This document shows, in pieces, positions 49,479 through 58,800 of a DNA stretch of 64,000 bases. The position numbers and the translations under genes are program-made. A model generated the notes under the pieces. The model saw only the letters and a program-made list of their open reading frames with translations, did no database searches and was not told where the DNA came from. The stretch comes from a virus: positions 23,770 to 87,769 of IMG/VR virus record IMGVR_UViG_3300017706_001340; one strand, 5' to 3'. The stretch's first letter is position 1, and every line of letters starts with the position of its first letter.

Positions 49479-50732
49479 ATGTCAAAACAAACAACGGATC
49501 CTCACTTCATAGATATAAATCTAGCAACATCACTAGATCTGCAAATACATATGTCTGACTATATAGACCTGATAACAGATCTAACTGATGAAGTGACCAC
49601 AAATCTCAATTACTGGCACCGCTTTTCGCATAGTGATCCAACCACAAGTAAGACTAATTTTTACAAAGATTTAAACAATAAAACATTAAAGTTGAAGGAC
49701 AGTAATGACGGTACAGTCAAGCGTGATGTAACTAGTGACAAGCTGATGAATAAAAACTATAGAGATCAGTTACCTGACAACATGCAGATCGCGACATCAT
49801 CTGGCAACAAGTATAGTAAACCAACACTAGAGTCCGGCGGCACGATGGTCGCAGCGAGTCGCAATGTTAAGACCAGATACTGGAAGGGTGATAAGGATAT
49901 ACAATCAACCGGTGAGTGGGTTATCGAGACGAAATCAGAAAACACTAGTGCTAAAGTTACACCTGTGTTAGACATACAAAAATCACCACCATCACCGTCA
50001 GATGTGTTTGGAATGAAGGATATGTCAGCTTGGTTTAAAATGTGGTGGATTGAGAAATTCAACACATCACACAGTGTTATAAAAAGTGATTTGATAGAGC
50101 TTCTTGGAGATGATAATGAGTTCTTCGTTGAGTTTAGTGAGAGTGTAGGTCAACTTAAGAATATAGCTGACACATACGATACTAGCACGTTACCTGTATG
50201 GGATGTCAACGTGAGCTCATACGGTGATACATACTCAATCCCCTCAACGACTGCAGGTGTCGCGAAATATTGTATGAAACCGGAATCTATTGTTTTCAGC
50301 GATCAAATATCAAAGCAAACCAACATGGTATATAGAAAAAATCTTTCAAACATGATGGAAGATCCAAGTAGAGATAGTTTAATCACCGGTACACTACCAA
50401 GCTTTCCAGGAAACAGTCATGGTAATAATTTCGTTAATGACATGCAACATTTCAGTCGGATGTATCAGAATGCTGAGACTGTCGATTCAGCCATAAGAGA
50501 TCATTTGAAAGGTTTATATGATGTGTTGACACTATTAAGTGATCGTGAAAATTATATGATAGTGAATAAACCCAAACAAATAATGCTTAAGGTAGAGGAT
50601 TTTACTATATCTGTTGACATGTTTAAGAACAGAATAAAATCATCTTTACTGGATGATGATAATATCACATCCAGCCGATATGGTAAATACGTCAAATACA
50701 ACACCTATAAAAGTAACGATACATTAGGTTAA
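49479..50732 (+). CDS. Hypothetical protein in baseplate operon
   Basis: 417-aa ORF, no recognised motif. Confidence 0.7.
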   Translation: MSKQTTDPHFIDINLATSLDLQIHMSDYIDLITDLTDEVTTNLNYWHRFSHSDPTTSKTNFYKDLNNKTLKLKDSNDGTVKRDVTSDKLMNKNYRDQLPDNMQIATSSGNKYSKPTLESGGTMVAASRNVKTRYWKGDKDIQSTGEWVIETKSENTSAKVTPVLDIQKSPPSPSDVFGMKDMSAWFKMWWIEKFNTSHSVIKSDLIELLGDDNEFFVEFSESVGQLKNIADTYDTSTLPVWDVNVSSYGDTYSIPSTTAGVAKYCMKPESIVFSDQISKQTNMVYRKNLSNMMEDPSRDSLITGTLPSFPGNSHGNNFVNDMQHFSRMYQNAETVDSAIRDHLKGLYDVLTLLSDRENYMIVNKPKQIMLKVEDFTISVDMFKNRIKSSLLDDDNITSSRYGKYVKYNTYKSNDTLG

Positions 50733-51187
50733 TCAGTATCTTTTATTTCTGCATCTATCAAATCACCAGAGCTGAACAATTGTTCCATTATCTCTTCCCT
50801 TGTGAATGTACTCTTATCATCCCGCTTTTCCGCCAGAGCTTGTTTCGATTGTATATCCATTGTTTTTATTGTAACTTGAGCATCCGCACGCTGCTGCTGT
50901 ATCAGTATCTTATTGAGAGTTTCAATAGCACCAGTACTAGCTTTGTATAGTTCAGCTAATGAGTGTACATCCTCTGGTTCCGGTGCACTGATAATATATT
51001 CTTTTATACTATCAATTGTTTGCATACTATCCTGTATGAGCCTGCCGGTGTTATTCAGAACAAACTGCTCTAAATCCTTTCTCTCGAGAGTGAATGGTTG
51101 TTTCTGTATTTGTTTGGCAGTTTTTGTTGTGTCCTTCAATTGATCTAACAATGAGCGTACATCTTGTTTGTCTTGTGGTTCGTCCAT
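50729..51187 (-). CDS. Terminase small subunit gp16-like
   Basis: 152 aa, helical P..VHSLAELYKA....IETLNK; TATAAATA at 51204-51197. Confidence 0.55.
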   Translation of the reverse strand: MDEPQDKQDVRSLLDQLKDTTKTAKQIQKQPFTLERKDLEQFVLNNTGRLIQDSMQTIDSIKEYIISAPEPEDVHSLAELYKASTGAIETLNKILIQQQRADAQVTIKTMDIQSKQALAEKRDDKSTFTREEIMEQLFSSGDLIDAEIKDTD

Positions 51188-51247
51188 ACGTTTAATTATT
51201 TATAATAAGTTGTGGAAAATCAAAGCCGATTATATTATAATAGAAAG

Positions 51248-51397
51248 ATGATAACAGTACAAATACAAGGTCACGGTTCATTTGTTATACATAGTGAAAA
51301 ACTAAATGATTTATTAGGATGGTTGAGAGCTAATTCGATGCCTGTTGAAGTTAACAGTAGACCACTAAAAGATGACGATACACTTTTGAACGGATGA
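51248..51397 (+). CDS. Small hypothetical protein
   Basis: TATAAT at 51236-51241, 6 nt before ATG; coupled to dut. Confidence 0.65.
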   Translation: MITVQIQGHGSFVIHSEKLNDLLGWLRANSMPVEVNSRPLKDDDTLLNG

Positions 51398-51834
51398 TAA
51401 ATATAAAATTCAAAAAAACACATCCAGACGCGGTGTTACCCAGTGCTAATAACAAGCAGCTCAATACTGGAGATACAGGGTATGATCTAGTAGCTGTAGA
51501 GGATGTTACTATCAATCAACGCGATTCATCGACAGTGCCAGTAGGTTTAACATTAGCAGATTTGACACCAGGTTTTTGGTTCCGGATCGAACCCCGGAGC
51601 GGACTAGGTTTCAAACATAGTATACAACCACATCTAGGTGTTATTGACAATGGATACAGGGGGGATTTAGGCGTCAAGCTATACAACTTTGGTGAAAAAA
51701 CATACACAGTACACAAGGGTGATAAGATTGCTCAACTAGTCGTATATCCGCTGCTACAGGCTGAATGTTCATGGTCTGATAGTGTATCAGACAGTTCCCG
51801 TGGAAGTAAGGGATTTGGAAGCAGTGATGTTTGA
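51394..51834 (+). CDS. dut: Trimeric dUTPase
   Basis: GYDL, RSG, GVIDNGYRG, IAQLV, RGSKGFGSS. Confidence 0.96.
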   Translation: MINIKFKKTHPDAVLPSANNKQLNTGDTGYDLVAVEDVTINQRDSSTVPVGLTLADLTPGFWFRIEPRSGLGFKHSIQPHLGVIDNGYRGDLGVKLYNFGEKTYTVHKGDKIAQLVVYPLLQAECSWSDSVSDSSRGSKGFGSSDV

Positions 51835-52753
51835 TAACCTATGGGTTGAAAAATATCGACCTCGAGATCTTGAGGAGATAGTTTTATCTGATACCAACAT
51901 CAGAGTATTATCTAAATTTAAAGATCAAAAGGAGATACCTAATTTGTTGTTTGTCGGTCATGCCGGGATAGGTAAGACGAGTCTAGCTAAGCTATTATGT
52001 TTAAATGTACTGGATTGTCAGTATCTATATATAAATGCTAGTGATGAGAATGGCATTGATACTATTCGAACTAAGGTGACCAATTTCGCTCGCACAAAAA
52101 GCTTTGATGGTAATGTTAAGTGTATTATTCTAGATGAAACTGACGGATTGAGTTTGGATGCACAAAGAGCACTACGTAACACGATGGAAGAACATGCATC
52201 TATCACTAGATTCATACTGACCGCCAATTATAAACATCGCATAATACCTCCATTGTTGAGCAGATGTCAATCGTTAGACTTGACGCCACCTATAGATAAG
52301 TGTTGTGATCGAATTGAGTTTATCCTGAATAACGAAGATGTACAGTTACCAGATAGTGATAGACCCAGGTTGATTGAGTTTATTAAAACAGCATACCCGG
52401 ATCTCCGGAAGTGTATAAACGAGATACAAAAAAATGTAAACAAAAATACATTATATCTTGACGATCTAGTGAAGATAAAGGATGCATTTGTTGAAAATCT
52501 TTATAAGATCACAACACAGGGCTTAGCTATGAAAGCTAGAAAAAAAGTGATAGAGAACGAGCATGTGTTCGGAGGTGATTATAATGAGCTGTTACGCAGC
52601 TTGTTCAATCATATTGATGCATCATCTACACCATCTGATAAAAAATCACAACAACTCTTAGTTGTTTCAGAGCATATATACAGGTCTGTGTTCGTCGCAG
52701 ATCCTGAGATAAATTTTTATGCTTGTCTGCTCAGTCTAACGACCGATAATTGA
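51827..52753 (+). CDS. gp44: Clamp loader ATPase gp44 (RFC-like)
   Basis: WVEKYRP, GIGKT, NASDE, LDETD, QRALR, SRC. Confidence 0.95.
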   Translation: MFDNLWVEKYRPRDLEEIVLSDTNIRVLSKFKDQKEIPNLLFVGHAGIGKTSLAKLLCLNVLDCQYLYINASDENGIDTIRTKVTNFARTKSFDGNVKCIILDETDGLSLDAQRALRNTMEEHASITRFILTANYKHRIIPPLLSRCQSLDLTPPIDKCCDRIEFILNNEDVQLPDSDRPRLIEFIKTAYPDLRKCINEIQKNVNKNTLYLDDLVKIKDAFVENLYKITTQGLAMKARKKVIENEHVFGGDYNELLRSLFNHIDASSTPSDKKSQQLLVVSEHIYRSVFVADPEINFYACLLSLTTDN

Positions 52754-52960
52754 CTTTAAGAAGCCACCTACACATCGAATCATGCTACACACACATAGCA
52801 TAGGTGCACAACAACTTTTAGTGTTATCACAACATTCTGATTTCTTCACAACTGGTTTCTTTGTTGGTCTCTTTTTAGGTGCTGTCGCTTTAGCTTGTGT
52901 GACGGCTTTTTTTGGTCGACCTCTAGGTCTCTTCGGTTTTGTTGTCTTTTTCTCACTCAT
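52736..52960 (-). CDS. Small Lys-rich AT-hook protein with Cys-rich tail
   Basis: KRPRGRPKK, PKK repeats, CC..CC...CVC...C. Confidence 0.65.
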   Translation of the reverse strand: MSEKKTTKPKRPRGRPKKAVTQAKATAPKKRPTKKPVVKKSECCDNTKSCCAPMLCVCSMIRCVGGFLKSIIGR

Positions 52961-52961
52961 A

Positions 52962-53537
52962 TTATGAAATATATTTTGCAGTGTATGAATTTGCACCGGT
53001 GACACCGGGTAATTTGGTGTTTTTATCTGCTAACCGCCGGTTAGTCTTATCACTCATACCAGTTTGTTTGACCGGGTCATTCATCAAATCTTCAGTTTGA
53101 CTATCCTCCGTATCCTCTCCAGTCAGCTCTTTAGGTTTCAGGTCGACATCATCTTTACGCTTGAGTGATTCAGGTACCTCTGGTGGTCCCTCAACGTTAC
53201 CAAGTTCAACCAGCTGTTGTGGTACAGTTAGAAAATGACCGTTCCAGTAACCTGGGGCAGTCTCTTGCGCGATATCTAGAAAAAAGCCATCAACACCTGA
53301 TGCCTGATCAACACTTGAATTTACTGAAGGTCTCACTGCTTGTACGCTACTTACTCGGAGAATTAGATCAGATGCAGCTAATTCTCTTATCTTGTCGAGC
53401 ACCTGTGCCGGTGCATCTTTACACCAATCTTCCGACTCCCAACCTTCTTTAAACTTTATAATATCACCAGTGAGATACCCTCCACCCTGCATTCTAGTGA
53501 AATTACTCTCAAATATTGTATCAAATCTACTTGTCAT
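52962..53537 (-). CDS. Hypothetical protein (late)
   Basis: ATAAATA at 53550-53544; N-terminal FDTIFES. Confidence 0.75.
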   Translation of the reverse strand: MTSRFDTIFESNFTRMQGGGYLTGDIIKFKEGWESEDWCKDAPAQVLDKIRELAASDLILRVSSVQAVRPSVNSSVDQASGVDGFFLDIAQETAPGYWNGHFLTVPQQLVELGNVEGPPEVPESLKRKDDVDLKPKELTGEDTEDSQTEDLMNDPVKQTGMSDKTNRRLADKNTKLPGVTGANSYTAKYIS

Positions 53538-53578
53538 CGTAATTATTTATCAATCCTCCGCTCATTTCCAGCCTCCAT

Positions 53579-53586
53579 TATAAATA
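53579..53586 (+). promoter_or_regulatory. T4-type late promoter
   Basis: Exact TATAAATA 7 nt before the gp25 ATG. Confidence 0.78.
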
Positions 53587-53593
53587 ATTATGT

Positions 53594-54085
53594 ATGTCTA
53601 TAAACATTAACAGAGTAGGAGCACCAACTCCAGTGGATTCTGTATCCAAAAATCAGTACAGAGATCTGTACTTGGATCTTGCTGAAAACACAAAACCTTC
53701 GAATAACGCTTCATACGGCAAAACAACTCAGACTGACATACATGCATCTATTGATGAAGGTTGTATCATGAACAGTTTAACAAATCTGTTCAACACAGTA
53801 CCAGGACAAAAAATATTGAATCCCGAGTTCGGTATAAATCTTATGCAATGGTTGTTCGAACCTGTTAATGAGTTCACAGCGCGTGAGATAGGTGAGGCGA
53901 TACAATTCGGTATAACAAAATTTGAACCCAGGATACAACTCACGCATGTATCAGTAATTTCAGATCAAGAAAAAAATCAGTACATAATCAAGCTAGCTAT
54001 ACAGATTCCTAGCTTAAATATAAGTACAACCCATGATGCAGCCTTGAATCAATTTGGATTTGAATTTTTAACAGAAAATGAGTAA
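53594..54085 (+). CDS. gp25: Baseplate wedge gp25
   Basis: YRDL, NSL.NLF.T.PG...NPEFG...LFEP, FEPRI. Confidence 0.92.
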   Translation: MSININRVGAPTPVDSVSKNQYRDLYLDLAENTKPSNNASYGKTTQTDIHASIDEGCIMNSLTNLFNTVPGQKILNPEFGINLMQWLFEPVNEFTAREIGEAIQFGITKFEPRIQLTHVSVISDQEKNQYIIKLAIQIPSLNISTTHDAALNQFGFEFLTENE

Positions 54086-55886
54086 GAACTTAACAGAATA
54101 CAACTTACCGGAAACGGCATACACAACATTTGATGCAGAGAGTCTCAAATCTTTGATTATCGAGCGATTGACCGAACAAGGTACATTCACGGATCAGATA
54201 TACGAGGGTAGTAACTTGTCGTCATTTATCGATGTAATCGCTTACAGTTATCATGTGTTGCTCTTTTATTTGAATCAAACTGCTAGTGAAAGTGTGTTTA
54301 CAGAGTCAACAATATATGAGAATGTAAACAGGATAGTGAAAGTCTTGAATTATAGCCCTCTAGGTTATCAGACATGCTCATTATCATTCGAGACAACAGC
54401 AACTGAAGACCTTGTTCCAGGTACGTATACAATACCAAGATACACATTCATAAACAACAACGGGATAGCCTACTCATTGAACAAGGATATATCGTTCACA
54501 AAGTATACCACTGGTGAGGAAAAAATTGATGTTATCGGTGACAATTATTTATTGTATCAAGGCAAGTGGATCGAGAGTGTTCCGGTGGAATCTACTGGTG
54601 CTGATTTCGAGACAATTGCACTGGCAGTTAACGGTGAAGATAAGAAAATAGATCACTTTAATGTCAATGTGTATGTGATGAGTAAAAATGATGGTAAGTA
54701 TTATGAGTATAGTGAGACAACATCACTATATCTGCATAAATCTACTGATCATGTGTTCGAGAAGAGGTTGAGTGAGGATATGTCATATGAGATAAAGTTT
54801 GGTAACAACATAAACGGCCGAAGGCTGGAACCTGGCGATAGTATACAGGTATACTACCTTGAATCGATTGGTGATGAGGGTAGAGTTGGTTCTAATTTCC
54901 TAGATGATAGCAAGTTTGTATTGATGGGTACAACGAAATACAATGACATAATGAAGGACACCCGTGCTGAAAACATTAATTATATAACACTGGATAGTAT
55001 AGAGATGTTGCAGTTGACAAACAATTCTCCCAGTACATTCGCACAAGAACGGGAATCCATTGAAGATATAAAACGTAAAGCTCCTATACACTATATTAGC
55101 CAAGATAGACTCGTGACATTAACCGACTTCAAGACACACATCTCAAAGAATTTTGATGCATTACTCTCATCATCCGATGTTGTGGATAACAACACATATC
55201 TAGATGGTCATTTCAAATATTTAGCTGAAGAGTTAGGGTTGAACAATCCTTTGACTGAGAGTAGGGTGATGCAGAGTCACCTGGATTATGCCTCCACTAG
55301 TACAGGAAACAACATCTACATATACGGTGTACCTAAAATAACACAAAATACATCACTCCTACCAATGACGACCTTTCTCAATCCAGCTCAAAAGACCTTA
55401 ATTACAAATGAAGTGAGTCGATTGATGATGGTGTCACACCAACCCATAATGATGGATCCAGTGTATGTTGCAGTGAGTATATCGACTCGAACCGCCTCAG
55501 AGCCTGAAGTGATAGATCATATTGAGAACACAACACTCGAGGTCAAGCGTGCTAGTGCTGTATCACGTGATGATTCAGCGATAGTGAATCAGATTATACA
55601 AGTGATGACAGACTATTTTGCTAATGGTCAAGTGACGCTCGGTCACTTGATCGATCTACCAGAATTAAGTCAGCAATTACTGAGTATACCTGGTGTTGAT
55701 GAGATAACAACAGTTCGTACGGACACTGGTCAGAGAACACCAGGTATTAGTTTATGTGTATGGAACCCGGTATATTCTGAGATGGATGTCAATATAACCA
55801 ATCAGAGTATTAAACTACCATATTTTAAATATCCATATTTGAATGATGCATTCGGATTGAAGGACAAAATAACAATAGTCAAATAG
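54078..55886 (+). CDS. gp6: Baseplate wedge gp6
   Basis: FTD..YEGSNLS..ID..AY, IKFG....G, ESIE.IK..AP, QDRLVT..DF. Confidence 0.92.
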   Translation: MSKNLTEYNLPETAYTTFDAESLKSLIIERLTEQGTFTDQIYEGSNLSSFIDVIAYSYHVLLFYLNQTASESVFTESTIYENVNRIVKVLNYSPLGYQTCSLSFETTATEDLVPGTYTIPRYTFINNNGIAYSLNKDISFTKYTTGEEKIDVIGDNYLLYQGKWIESVPVESTGADFETIALAVNGEDKKIDHFNVNVYVMSKNDGKYYEYSETTSLYLHKSTDHVFEKRLSEDMSYEIKFGNNINGRRLEPGDSIQVYYLESIGDEGRVGSNFLDDSKFVLMGTTKYNDIMKDTRAENINYITLDSIEMLQLTNNSPSTFAQERESIEDIKRKAPIHYISQDRLVTLTDFKTHISKNFDALLSSSDVVDNNTYLDGHFKYLAEELGLNNPLTESRVMQSHLDYASTSTGNNIYIYGVPKITQNTSLLPMTTFLNPAQKTLITNEVSRLMMVSHQPIMMDPVYVAVSISTRTASEPEVIDHIENTTLEVKRASAVSRDDSAIVNQIIQVMTDYFANGQVTLGHLIDLPELSQQLLSIPGVDEITTVRTDTGQRTPGISLCVWNPVYSEMDVNITNQSIKLPYFKYPYLNDAFGLKDKITIVK

Positions 55887-55889
55887 CAC

Positions 55890-58800
55890 ATGGCAACATA
55901 CTCACAGTTAGTTGGATCAAGCTACACGGATGTTGTAGTACCGATCACATCAGATAATGGATTAGGTACCATAGATACATGCAAAACAACACTAACCGGA
56001 TACACACTACCCCAAACACAATTCACATTCACAGCAGAGTTATCCTCGCTAGATAACACTTATATCGGTGCTAGTATGGATAAATTGATCTGGGATCTCG
56101 GGGACGGTACATACAGCACCGGTGTGAGTGTGACAAAACACTACCCATACCCAGGTGAATTTCAAATCACAACAATTTTTACAGATCAAAACGGAGTGAC
56201 ACATCGCAACAGATTGTCACAAACAATCCGAGTGTTGAATTATATACCAGACAGTCTAGTGTGGTACACACCCACTATTGCTGATCCATTTGGTGGTAGA
56301 CCAGAACGAGCTGTGTGTGGTGCACCTAGTGAAGATTTATCAATATACAGAATGAACAGCTGGCAGAGCTGGCCGATGGTTAGCGGTGATGGTGGGTATT
56401 ATATCAATCTATATTCCACTGGTAGTAAGAGTCGACCACTATCCACCAGGCAGTATGAATCAAACCCGGATACACATTTCATTCCTAGTTGGAGATTCGT
56501 GGAGAATAAAGAGAGTAAGTTGCCGGTTGAGCGTGTGCAAACTGATAATGAGTTTGTATACGTCAAGGTGGTGGACAGCGAACTTGTGCGGGTCCCTAGT
56601 GATGATATAGATGCAATTTTCGCCGGGACCTCCGGCATGATGACAGTCAATTATATTGACGATAACCCGAACAGATTGACAAGTGCAAGAAGTGTGGAGG
56701 CATCAAAGAATAACGCTGGTGCTACACAATCTAACACCAATGTAACTACAGAAGAAGCGGAGATGATGAATTTAGGATTGGAGGATAGAGACATAATATT
56801 ATACGCATCATTTGATACATCCAAATTCCCGGTTTCCAATGGTGACAGAGACATTGATAAGTTTGAGTTGATGAAGAGTAACTATTTTCAGGTATATGAA
56901 ACTCAAAAGGTTGGTTTACCTATACAGATAAAATTTAATAGTCCGAGAGAGTTGTCGTTAACCACCACCGGAATACATGAAGATGGCTTTCAGATATCTG
57001 GTAACAAATTTGTAAACTCACCGCTGCCGCTTGTGGTGAGCACGATGGATTTATCAAGCAACACACTCAACACCGAGGAATTGGCACCACTATCTTCACG
57101 ATGGACTGCCGAGAGTCAGCACTTCTCTGGTGGCGACATAACCACCGATGTGCTCACTGCGCAGGGGTTCGTAACATTGTACCTATCCGGTAATGACAGT
57201 AGCTTCACACAACTCAAATCTGTGTATCGAACAGATGATGATTTCAAGGTGTGGGATATAGGTCAGATCCTTCCGGAGCAAGTAGAGAACAAACAATTGA
57301 GAATACTCCTGGCCGACAGGCGTGACAATACATTACTAACCACACCATTTGAGGATAACACACGGAACCGAATAGTATCATTATTGTACAGTGAGATACA
57401 TCCTGATCAGCAAGAGGAGCTAATCTATACAAATATATCGGACCACAGTTACCCGGGTGGCAAGCCTCGTGAGTGGCAAACTCGTGCCGGTTTGAAGTAT
57501 TACGGATTTGTTTTACCGACGTCAAACTTCACAGAATCAGGATACGTTGATATGGAACTCAAAGACGCAACAGAGAAGTTCGATCACACCGGCAGTTGGC
57601 TCACATATGTTAATTTTAATGTCGAGGAGAGTAGTTTTGACTTTGATAAAACAAAATATAGATTTTACGCACATACACTGATCGATCCACCAGAAACTTT
57701 TACATACGATGTGGCATATTACTATATAACCAACCCTACTAATGATAGACTCTGGCAGATAAAGCCTGTGTATCATCGGGAGTATAGTTATGGTGATGAT
57801 GGGTTCACTCAGACATACACACCACCCATATCAACACAAACTCCAGGTAACAGCGGCATGTATGGTTTGGCGGTTGATACACTTGGTGATGTGATTGCTG
57901 TTGATGGTGACACGGACAAGGTCATCAGATACTGGCGCAACAGAACCAGCAGATCAGAACATGCGCTATCTGATATTTTACCGGAAGATGTAACATGTAA
58001 TCATTGGCCTAAAGATCCAGATGCATATGGATACACTCCTAGTAGTGTGTCATTGGATAAAAAATTAGATTATTGGGTCACTTTGTATGACGCTGTGTCA
58101 ACAGTAAAATTTTCCGGTGAGACCAATCTACCCATTGCTTATGCTGTACCATCCACCCCCAATTATCTAGCAGATGTCCGCACAACATCTCCATCCTCAC
58201 ACTGGACAATAGATCCTGAATATCAAATGAATATTGTGGGTGGACGACCCGGGGAGTACGGTGAGAATATAATCAATCCATCGATGGTAGAGACTTGTGT
58301 CAATAATGATATTGTCGTGACATATACAAACCCTCTGTGTAGCTTCATAGCCAGATACGACTCAACCGGACAGTTGAAGAACAAATATGAATTTCCTGGT
58401 GAGGATCGATATTTCTCCGGAGATGTATGTGTTGATGTTAGTGATCATGTGTGGGCGATAACTGAGAGTACCGGGTTGACTTTTGATGGTCAACCAGATG
58501 ATCAGGTGGCAAGCATGCTATATGCATTTGATGAGGAACTGACACTCAGATTTGTTGTCAGTTCACTCGAGGGTACAGATTATCAGGACATGCTCAAACC
58601 GGCTCCACCAAAACGTGAAGAGATTGATATCATTATAAACATGGAACAAGAGTATAATTATGATACTCAAGAGTACTATGAAACTGCAATTCTAGTTGAT
58701 GGTTATGGTGACAGTGTAAATCCACAATTGACATTATATGAGGGTAATGTATATCATTTTGAAAATCAGTATTACAACAGAGGCAAACACAATTTAAAAT

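Noticed and set aside
53551-53578. Short spacer with two CCTCC (anti-SD-like) motifs between divergent late promoters
   Set aside because: Lies upstream of both predicted start sites, has no clear structure, and is too short to support a claim.
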